From IMG/VR virus record IMGVR_UViG_3300027816_000062: 20,000 bases of DNA. One strand, given 5' to 3'. The translations under genes were made by a program, and so were the position numbers. Position 1 is the stretch's first letter. Each line of letters begins with the position of its first letter. This document shows positions 1 to 6,600 of this stretch, piece by piece. The notes under the pieces were generated by a model, which was given only the letters and a program-made list of their open reading frames with translations, did no database searches and was not told the origin of the DNA. Source of the stretch: an uncultured virus (IMG/VR IMGVR_UViG_3300027816_000062). Its lineage: Duplodnaviria > Heunggongvirae > Uroviricota > Caudoviricetes.

Positions 1-1
1 G

Positions 2-1039
2 GAGCATGTCTCTCGTGTGCTCAAGGCGCAAATTGCCACTGGAAACCACGTCAGTACTTATCTTTTTTCAGGTCCTCCAGGAACTGGTAAAACCACCCTT
101 GCCAGAATTATGGCAATGGCTTTAATGTGTGAAAAAAGAATCGACGGCGAAAGCGAACCTGACCCAAGCAGCAAGTCTTCACAAATGATTCGAGAAGATC
201 GCCATCGCGATGTTATTGAGGTTAACTGTGCAACAAATGGCGGTGTTAATGAGATGCGAGAGCTAATTGCCGAAAAGATGCGCATTCAGCCATCAATGGG
301 GAATTATCGTGTGTTTATTTTGGACGAAGCACACATGCTTTCTACGGCTGCGCAAAACTCATTACTGAAAATCATGGAGGAACCGCCAAAGCATGTAGTT
401 TTCTTTTTGTGCACAACTGATCCTCATAAAGTTTTGCCAGCAATACGCTCTCGCTGTCAGCATCATATGTTAAATCGCGTCTCTAACACAGATTGCAAGG
501 AGATTTTGCAAAAAGTTGTAAAAGAAGAATCGATGACCGCTGAAAATGCGGCCTTGGATGTTATCATTGATGCATCTCAGGGTAGCGTTCGGACTGCATT
601 AGTCATCCTAGAGCAAGTATCGCTAATCGGCGTGACAGAAGACAATGTCCGCGCTGTATTAGGACGTGGCCCAAAGGGGTTGGCAATTGATCTTTTAAAA
701 TCAATTGGTAATTCAAACCATGGAGAAGCTTTTAGAATAATTAAATCTGCTCATGCTGAGGGTCGTGACTTAGGCGCACTTTTGGAGGACGCGAGTAGAA
801 TTTTAATGACTATGGCTGAATACAGGTTGCTCAAGGTTGACAAATCGGAACGAGACCCAGAGATTGCTGAAATGATTTCTGTTTTTCGAGGCCCTCAGAT
901 AGTGGAAATCACCAATCAACTTTTAGAAATCGCTAATAAGATACGGCAAAATGTGGCAGCAGATTTGGTAGTTCAATCAGGCTTGCTGCGGATTATTGAT
1001 AGGTTTGCAAAGATTAAGGAAGCGCAAGCGGTAGTTTAA
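2..1039 (+). CDS. dnaX: DNA polymerase III gamma/tau-like clamp loader ATPase, 5'-truncated by the window edge; gamma-length
   Basis: The frame is open from base 2 (EHVSRVLK, matching the DnaX GQEHV motif). Motifs: YLFSGPPGTGKTT (Walker A), VFILDEAHML (Walker B), QNSLLKIMEEPP, IRSRC (arginine finger), GSVR (sensor 2). It ends after the collar domain. Confidence 0.93.
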   Translation, partial: EHVSRVLKAQIATGNHVSTYLFSGPPGTGKTTLARIMAMALMCEKRIDGESEPDPSSKSSQMIREDRHRDVIEVNCATNGGVNEMRELIAEKMRIQPSMGNYRVFILDEAHMLSTAAQNSLLKIMEEPPKHVVFFLCTTDPHKVLPAIRSRCQHHMLNRVSNTDCKEILQKVVKEESMTAENAALDVIIDASQGSVRTALVILEQVSLIGVTEDNVRAVLGRGPKGLAIDLLKSIGNSNHGEAFRIIKSAHAEGRDLGALLEDASRILMTMAEYRLLKVDKSERDPEIAEMISVFRGPQIVEITNQLLEIANKIRQNVAADLVVQSGLLRIIDRFAKIKEAQAVV

Positions 1040-1108
1040 CTCCTCTGAGGCTTCAAACGACCAGGCAAACATTAATTTGCCACAGGGAGGTTTAAAAGCC
1101 GTGAGGAG
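1040..1108 (+). promoter_or_regulatory. Long imperfect RNA hairpin covering the Shine-Dalgarno sequence of the sigH-like gene
   Basis: Nested complementary pairs: CTCCTC(1040-45)/GAGGAG(1103-08), GGCTT(1049-53)/AAGCC(1096-1100), AAAC(1055-58)/GTTT(1090-93), GGCAAA(1064-69)/TTTGCC(1076-81). The TTG start is at 1114. Confidence 0.6.
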
Positions 1109-1113
1109 CAAAA

Positions 1114-1806
1114 TTGGGACAAGACCTATATATATTACAACTAGTTAGAAGGGCCAAAACTGGAGATGAGCGAGCTTTTTCTAGGCTCCTGGATGAAATA
1201 GAGCCAGACCTTAAAAAGGTCGCTCATCAATATTTTATTCAAGGACAAGACAAAGAAGATGTTCTTCAAGAACTAAGAATTGCAGTCTATAAGGCCGTGG
1301 GTTCCTATGATGAATCCCAAAACACTACGTTTAAAAGCTTTTGCATCAATCTTGTGTGTAAAAGGCATATATCCACGGCAATACATTCTGCACTAAGACA
1401 CAAAAACAAAACTCTCAACAATGCAGTATCTCTTGATGCTCCAGTGATAATGGGTGATGATGGAAATATGCAATCTCTATCCGAGTTCATTCCTGACAGA
1501 GACAATCCTTTGGAAGAAGACCTTGGTGATCGAAATATATTAGACGATTTGATATCCAGAGAGGAGCTTGAGGACAACCGCAAGCTTCTTGCGCCAAGGC
1601 TTACATCATTAGAGGGCAGGATTTTTGAGCAATATGGCCACAGCTCTTCGTATAAGGATATTGCAGAGGCATTGGGAATAGAACCCAAATGTGTTGACAA
1701 TGCTCTTATGAGGATACGCAAAAAAGCCAGTGAAGTTTTTGACCAAACAGACCCAGGCAGCAATGTCAAAGATAGCGGCCCCAAAAAAAGAAGAAAACGA
1801 ATTTAA
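1114..1806 (+). CDS. sigH: RNA polymerase sigma factor, SigH (Spo0H)-like
   Basis: AKTGDERAF; YFIQGQDKEDVLQE..IAVYKAVGSYD; FKSFC; ISTAIHSALRHKNKTLNNAVSLDAP; region 4 SYKDIAEALG...KCVDNALMRIRKK. These closely resemble Firmicutes sigma-H signatures (TAIK.ATRQKH.PLN.Y.SLD; SIDNALQRVKRK). SD GAGGAG precedes the TTG start. Confidence 0.88.
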   Translation: MGQDLYILQLVRRAKTGDERAFSRLLDEIEPDLKKVAHQYFIQGQDKEDVLQELRIAVYKAVGSYDESQNTTFKSFCINLVCKRHISTAIHSALRHKNKTLNNAVSLDAPVIMGDDGNMQSLSEFIPDRDNPLEEDLGDRNILDDLISREELEDNRKLLAPRLTSLEGRIFEQYGHSSSYKDIAEALGIEPKCVDNALMRIRKKASEVFDQTDPGSNVKDSGPKKRRKRI

Positions 1807-1838
1807 AACCGTTTCATATTCGCGCAAAATTAACTAAG

Positions 1839-1884
1839 AAAGATAAATAGCTATGTCAAAGTACATCAAGCTATTTATCTTTTG
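1839..1884 (+). terminator. Intergenic stem-loop, either an intrinsic terminator or a processing site
   Basis: 14-bp inverted repeat AAAGATAAATAGCT(1839-52)/AGCTATTTATCTTT(1869-82), with an inner ATGT/ACAT pair, followed by a short T run. Confidence 0.55.
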
Positions 1885-1898
1885 AATTTAGAGGCAAT

Positions 1899-3065
1899 AT
1901 GAAATTTACCCTTACACGATCTACTGCTTTAACAGTGTTAAAGCAAGCACTAAAAACTTGCAATACTAAGGCAAAGGGGCAGGCTGATTCTGAGTTCCTT
2001 TTTAAGCCAGATGACAATGCCTTGTTGGTTACATCACTTAATGAAACATCGGAGCAAAATATTGTTTTACAGTGCAGCGACCTAGAATTTGAACAGGGAG
2101 AGAGCTTCTCCGTGTCGGGGCAGGCTCTTGTAGAATTTCTGCAACAATTCCCCGAAGAAGAGGTAAAGTGTCTTTACAACCCTGATGACTCATCGTTTGT
2201 TATAGGAAGTAAGAAAACTAGATTTGCATTTCCTACTGGTTCGGGATCAGATTTTGTTCCCTTTAATTTTCAGTCTCATGGTAAGGCAATTGAGCTGCCC
2301 AGCAGCTCGTTAAGAGAGGTTTTGAAATCGACCGCCTTCGCTGCATCTCACGACTATACACAAGCTCCATTAACGGCGGTGCATTTAAAAATTGCCGATG
2401 ATGAAATCGTTGCCGAGGCCTGCGACACATTGCGCATAAGCAGGCATGTCACGCAAGTAAGCAGCTTGTCGGACGAAGCCGAATTGCTTCTTCCTTATGA
2501 AACAGCAGAAAATTTAGTTTCTCTTATTGAAGACGTGGGCGACATTACCATACAGCCTGGCCAACGTCATGTAAGATTTGCATGGGGCGACACAACATTC
2601 ACGTCAACTTTGGAAAACACCATTGGGAAACCATATCCTGAGCTTTCCAAATTTATGCAAGGCAAAGAAATTGGAAGAGTCAAAATCAGTAAGGGGAACC
2701 TTTCCACATCACTAAAGCTGGCAGGTTTAGTAGCAAAAGATTCCTATGTTAATGTTGTTATTAAGCCGCTAGATAAGGATGGTCTGGGCGGAGGGCTTGT
2801 TATATCAGCCAATGAGCAAGCTGGCATGAGCCTGGATACATTAATTGTTCAAGAGCAATCTGGCGAAGCAGAGGTAAATGTGGCGCATAGATTTTTCTCT
2901 AAGGCTGTAGATTTTGTTAACAATCCCTGGGTGATTATTTCTTTCAGAGAATTAAAAGAAAACACCATCGCCTTGGTGTTGGTAGACGGTGGGTTTGAGC
3001 ACCTGATATTCCCAGTCACCCCAAATGCAACCCCAGATGTTGAAGATGAAGAATCAGAAGATTAA
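1899..3065 (+). CDS. dnaN: DNA polymerase III beta sliding clamp (divergent)
   Basis: 388 aa. MKFTLTRS..L..L start; LREVLKSTAFAAS; PLTAVHL; AEACDTLRIS (cf. ATDGHRLA); GKPYPE; C-terminal HLIFPV (cf. YVVMPM). Flanked by clamp loader genes; SD GAGG at 1891. Confidence 0.88.
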   Translation: MKFTLTRSTALTVLKQALKTCNTKAKGQADSEFLFKPDDNALLVTSLNETSEQNIVLQCSDLEFEQGESFSVSGQALVEFLQQFPEEEVKCLYNPDDSSFVIGSKKTRFAFPTGSGSDFVPFNFQSHGKAIELPSSSLREVLKSTAFAASHDYTQAPLTAVHLKIADDEIVAEACDTLRISRHVTQVSSLSDEAELLLPYETAENLVSLIEDVGDITIQPGQRHVRFAWGDTTFTSTLENTIGKPYPELSKFMQGKEIGRVKISKGNLSTSLKLAGLVAKDSYVNVVIKPLDKDGLGGGLVISANEQAGMSLDTLIVQEQSGEAEVNVAHRFFSKAVDFVNNPWVIISFRELKENTIALVLVDGGFEHLIFPVTPNATPDVEDEESED

Positions 3066-4173
3066 CAGCCATAATAAGCAATGGGAAAAAGTTTATGTTG
3101 TATGTGGCGATCCTCTATTAAGTAGATTATTTATTCAGGGCATACAAGAAGACTTGAATACGCCATCAAAAAGAACATTTGACAAGGGAGATTCACCTAA
3201 GTCCATTGTTAATGCACTTAAAGCTTTTGTAATGTTTGATACGCCAGATATGGTGGTGATTTACGACCCAAGCGCAGAGCAGATGCGAACTATTGAATCT
3301 TTTTTGGACGCGGAAGTTATGACAGCTTCCGCGTTGGTAATTGCCACATTGGGGGATTTGCCAGATGGAAGGTCCAAATTTATTCAAAAAGCAGAAAAAC
3401 AAAAAAGAGTATTTTTTATGTCGCCGATTGAATACAAGGACACAAAAAGTCTTAAATCACATTTGCTTGAATGGGCGGAAGATGCACAAGTGTCCTTTGA
3501 TAAAGACGCAATTAATTGGATATTATCGAATGCTCCTGCATGTGTGGGAAAGATCAAATCACCCAGTGGCAAAAAAGATTGCGAAGTTTATGATTTGCAA
3601 TCTATTGAAAATGAATTAGAAAAAATTAAAGTAATCAATAGCCTGGGAAATTACAAAATATGTGTTGCTGATCTTGAAAAGTATGTAAGATTTGATTATT
3701 ACATTGATATTTGGAGTTTTATTAATGTGGCAATTTCAAATGGCTCAAATGCAGGCGATGCATTAAAAATGATCCAGATTATTGCCAATAGTCAGGGCAC
3801 TCAAGCTGCCTTGATCCTATTGGCATCTCAAATAGAATTTTTACTTTGCATTAAGTCATTGCAAAATAGAAATATTCAAAAAGCCGAGGCAATAGCAGAA
3901 TTCATGTCCATGGATTCCTATTTAGGTCGTTATCTTTTGCCCGATTGGACAGAAATTAACGAAATACCAACTTTACCCAAGCCGAATGCATGGCGCATTC
4001 GCAAGGCCATTGAATCGCCGATTCCCTCGACCGAGCGATTATCTTTATTGTATCAATCAGTATTATCGGCCATTCGTGATTTAAGATCGGGGCTGGATGA
4101 AAGAATTGTTCTTCCGTATCTTGCTCTTTGCCTGGGCGGGCATAATTCCTATATCACACCCCTTAAACAATAG
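3025..4173 (+). CDS. holA: DNA polymerase III delta subunit (HolA)-like clamp loader subunit; exact start uncertain (ATG 3025, 3037 or 3046)
   Basis: N-terminal VYVVCGD.LL; LPDGRSKF; DLQSIENELEKI (cf. L..L.nElEKL); DIWSFINVA; PNAWRIRKA (cf. HP.F/W...K). Overlaps the end of dnaN. Confidence 0.75.
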   Translation: MQPQMLKMKNQKINSHNKQWEKVYVVCGDPLLSRLFIQGIQEDLNTPSKRTFDKGDSPKSIVNALKAFVMFDTPDMVVIYDPSAEQMRTIESFLDAEVMTASALVIATLGDLPDGRSKFIQKAEKQKRVFFMSPIEYKDTKSLKSHLLEWAEDAQVSFDKDAINWILSNAPACVGKIKSPSGKKDCEVYDLQSIENELEKIKVINSLGNYKICVADLEKYVRFDYYIDIWSFINVAISNGSNAGDALKMIQIIANSQGTQAALILLASQIEFLLCIKSLQNRNIQKAEAIAEFMSMDSYLGRYLLPDWTEINEIPTLPKPNAWRIRKAIESPIPSTERLSLLYQSVLSAIRDLRSGLDERIVLPYLALCLGGHNSYITPLKQ

Positions 4174-4197
4174 GTTCAAATCTTAGATTTGAAGAAT
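4172..4197 (+). promoter_or_regulatory. Sigma-H-type promoter upstream of the second sigma gene
   Basis: AGGT(4172-75)-N18-GAAT(4194-97). The -10 context GAAGAAT fits RNNGAAT. Confidence 0.55.
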
Positions 4198-4233
4198 TAT
4201 ATTGAGGAATTAATAAGTTTCGGAGGTAGTTTT

Positions 4234-4824
4234 GTGGAAGCCCATTATCAATATATTAATGATTTAGTAACAAAATCACAAAATGGGGACACAAATGCTT
4301 TGTCAGATATTGCAGAATTTTATAGCCCGCTCATATCTGCATCTATCCAAAGATGTATTCTTAGAGAACCCAGGCTTTTGAGATTCAAAGAAGATGTTGA
4401 AGCAGAAGTTTTTTTAATCCTTAAAAAGCTTGTAGAGAATTACGATCCCAATTTGTCTTATTTTTCTTATTATATATCCACTCGTTTAGATTATGCAATT
4501 ATCAATCAGTGTAGGCAAACAATCCTGGGCCTTAAATCTAATTCTCGATTCTGTGAGGAAGTTTCTTTTTCTGATATATCAGAAGATTTAGATATTGTCA
4601 ACCATGATGATCCTTTTGGTAAAATTCATGTTGCGCAGGCAATTCAAGGGGCGATTGATAAATTGAATCCTCGACAAAAAGAAGCAATAGAAGCTTACTT
4701 TTTTGACAACTTAACTCAGCAAGAAGCCGCGAAAAAACTTGGCATTACACAAGCTTCGTTTTGTAAAAGGCTTCAGCGAGGCCTGAACAGCATGAGAGAA
4801 TTATTATCCGAAGATTTTATTTAA
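4234..4824 (+). CDS. RNA polymerase sigma-70 family factor with regions 2 and 4 (group 3/ECF size)
   Basis: SQNGDTNALSDI...YSPLI; KEDVEAEVFL...VENYDPN..YFSYY; region 4 AIDKLNPRQKEAI..YFFDNLTQQEAAKKLGITQASFCKRLQRGLNSMR. The start is probably GTG 4234 after GGAGG(4222-26), not TTG 4189. Confidence 0.85.
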   Translation: MEAHYQYINDLVTKSQNGDTNALSDIAEFYSPLISASIQRCILREPRLLRFKEDVEAEVFLILKKLVENYDPNLSYFSYYISTRLDYAIINQCRQTILGLKSNSRFCEEVSFSDISEDLDIVNHDDPFGKIHVAQAIQGAIDKLNPRQKEAIEAYFFDNLTQQEAAKKLGITQASFCKRLQRGLNSMRELLSEDFI

Positions 4825-4872
4825 CAAAAGGAATATTTTTCACAATTTAATCCAACTATATTTCTATGCCGC

Positions 4873-4905
4873 ATATTTTTATGGCAAATTTTGTCATAAA
4901 AATAT
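4873..4905. repeat. 33-bp near-perfect palindrome, either a terminator or an operator
   Basis: ATATTTTTATGGCAAA-T-TTTGTCATAAAAATAT; 16-bp arms with one mismatch (a G-U pair in RNA). Confidence 0.7.
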
Positions 4906-4921
4906 ATTAACATATGTTTTA

Positions 4922-4948
4922 GCAGGATTTTGCTCAATCAATATGAAA
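4922..4948 (+). promoter_or_regulatory. Sigma-H-type promoter
   Basis: GCAGGATTT (exact RNAGGAWWW match), 17-nt spacing from AGGA, then GAAA(4945-48). It lies upstream of the GTG 5002 start. Confidence 0.55.
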
Positions 4949-5001
4949 ATATATTATGCGGAGTATTTGAGGGACAATCCTTCGCCAAGGAGATTCAAGA
5001 C

Positions 5002-5727
5002 GTGTTTGCCGCCAAAGATGCTGATATCATCTACAACTGGAAAAATGAACTTCGCCAAACCAATAAAGGTGAAAAGACCGTAGCTGCACAAAGCGCATTA
5101 GATTTGCAAAGACGAGGCTTTAGCGCAGCGGAGGCCATAGAATTGCTAGCTGCCGACAAGTTTGGGCTCGATGTTGCCGAAAGCGCAGTTTATGAAATTT
5201 ATGGCAAAGAGCAGCGGGAAGCTAGAAAAAACATTGTAAAAACCGCGATGGTCGTGCCAACATCTTATAATGACGTTGCTCCCATCATTGAGGAAACACT
5301 TTCGAGACTTTCTCCGAAAGAATTTGTCCATAAATTGGCTAGAAGCGAAATGCCAATTTTAAGAGTGTCTTCAAAAAACATCGAATCTTGGTACAGGCTC
5401 GCCACGGCTGCTAAGGAATACGGCGGGCATGCTATGACCGTGTTGCATTCAGAACTTCGGCCCTGGGTTGAAGAAACTATGCTTAAATCAGTTCTTATCG
5501 CAGAAAAAGAAAACTCAAGTATTCAGAGGCTTTCTTCTGACAGAAAACAATTTAGAGTTGCCATGCAAAAAGAATCAGCAGATGTGGACTTGGACATGGG
5601 CGTTTCCACGGGAACAAGATTCCAGAAAGGCAATTTTTCTGACTTTGGCCTAGCTGATGAATTTATGATCCAGGCTGCTGATCATTCATCGCCTTATGAG
5701 CGCTTAAAACGCGCACTTAGCATGTAA
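5002..5727 (+). CDS. Hypothetical phage protein, possibly virion-associated
   Basis: Long ORF. SD AAGGAG(4987-92) 9 nt before GTG 5002 favours this start over TTG 4930. It has its own promoter and terminator. No family recognised. Confidence 0.75.
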   Translation: MFAAKDADIIYNWKNELRQTNKGEKTVAAQSALDLQRRGFSAAEAIELLAADKFGLDVAESAVYEIYGKEQREARKNIVKTAMVVPTSYNDVAPIIEETLSRLSPKEFVHKLARSEMPILRVSSKNIESWYRLATAAKEYGGHAMTVLHSELRPWVEETMLKSVLIAEKENSSIQRLSSDRKQFRVAMQKESADVDLDMGVSTGTRFQKGNFSDFGLADEFMIQAADHSSPYERLKRALSM

Positions 5728-5738
5728 ATAAAAGTATC

Positions 5739-5795
5739 ATAATCAAACTCTGTTTCTGATTTTCAGATTAAAACAGAGTTTGATTATTTTTTTTT
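5739..5795 (+). terminator. Rho-independent terminator
   Basis: Perfect 17-bp stem ATAATCAAACTCTGTTT(5739-55)/AAACAGAGTTTGATTAT(5771-87), followed by a T run to 5795, just after the stop at 5727. Confidence 0.85.
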
Positions 5796-5852
5796 AGACA
5801 TGCTTTTTAAATTGTATAAAAAGCAATAGTTTAATAAGGAGACGGCAGCGAT

Positions 5853-6596
5853 TTGAGCGATAATGATCAGGAAAACTTTGACAGTCAAGAAATTATTGAC
5901 GATCAAAGTAAAATAATAGATGTTTTAGACCTAGAAGATAAACAATCATTATCTATGCCCGAGGTGTCTGATGAAGAACTTAGGTTATTCAGAGACTTAA
6001 AAGATGGGGAGAAGCCAATTATACCTATCCCAAAGGAATACCCCCTTTCTATTCACTATCCCCAATTTACTGAAAAAAGATGCGCAATTTGCTCTAGTCC
6101 ATTCAGGGACCTTGCAGAACACGTATACATACACAATGCAAAAAAACCACAAGAAGTTATAAAGTTCTTTGAAAGACATTTTAATGCAAAGCTTAATTGG
6201 ACACAGGTCCAAAATCACATGGAAAGCCACTGCAATTTAAGAAACATTGCAGTTAAAGGCCTTGAAACATATCGCAACCGTGAAGAAGACGTTGCTGAAT
6301 GGATGGGCAGAGAGTATTATTTAGTAATGTTGGCGCTTTTAAGTGAACTTGACTCTGTTGCTGGTATCGATTGTTCAAAAAATCCCGAGCTTAAACTAAA
6401 AAGAGCCAGCATGGTAGAAAGACTGACAACAAAAATCAGGGAGCTTAAGAAAGACATGGATGATGTTATGGGAGCATTTAACATCTTTGAAATTTTGCTG
6501 AATTTGCACAATCAAATGGAAAGTGAATTTGATAAAAAAATGATTCGAGACGTAACCAGCGAATTAAGAAAGAAACTTCAAGAAAGACAAGGATAA
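5853..6596 (+). CDS. Putative terminase small subunit with a Zn-finger/HTH-like core
   Basis: Ends 4 nt before terL. CAIC...HMESHC metal-binding pattern followed by helical/coiled-coil segments. SD AAGGAG precedes the TTG start. The function is inferred from position. Confidence 0.55.
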   Translation: MSDNDQENFDSQEIIDDQSKIIDVLDLEDKQSLSMPEVSDEELRLFRDLKDGEKPIIPIPKEYPLSIHYPQFTEKRCAICSSPFRDLAEHVYIHNAKKPQEVIKFFERHFNAKLNWTQVQNHMESHCNLRNIAVKGLETYRNREEDVAEWMGREYYLVMLALLSELDSVAGIDCSKNPELKLKRASMVERLTTKIRELKKDMDDVMGAFNIFEILLNLHNQMESEFDKKMIRDVTSELRKKLQERQG

Positions 6597-6600
6597 CCAA

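Noticed and set aside
1780..1803. PKKRRKRI at the C-terminus of the SigH-like protein resembles a eukaryotic nuclear localisation signal
   Set aside because: The context is entirely bacteriophage, and basic tails are common on nucleic-acid-binding proteins.
4171..4233. The holA TAG stop is in frame with the downstream sigma ORF, suggesting readthrough or TAG recoding that would give a delta-sigma fusion
   Set aside because: No conserved gene in the window is interrupted by TAG or TGA, and coding density is already high in code 11. The sigma gene has its own GGAGG SD and a promoter candidate.
1..4824. Interpretation as a bacterial chromosomal replication locus or an ordinary prophage
   Set aside because: The genes are very divergent, the order is non-bacterial (no dnaA, recF or recR neighbours), and the region continues into a large terminase and many orphan genes on one strand.
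5098..5190. LQRRGFSAAEAIELL (5002 ORF) resembles LLDHGLEKSEIRRYL (19092 ORF), a RecX-like helical pattern
   Set aside because: The similarity is too short and generic to claim homology without a profile search.
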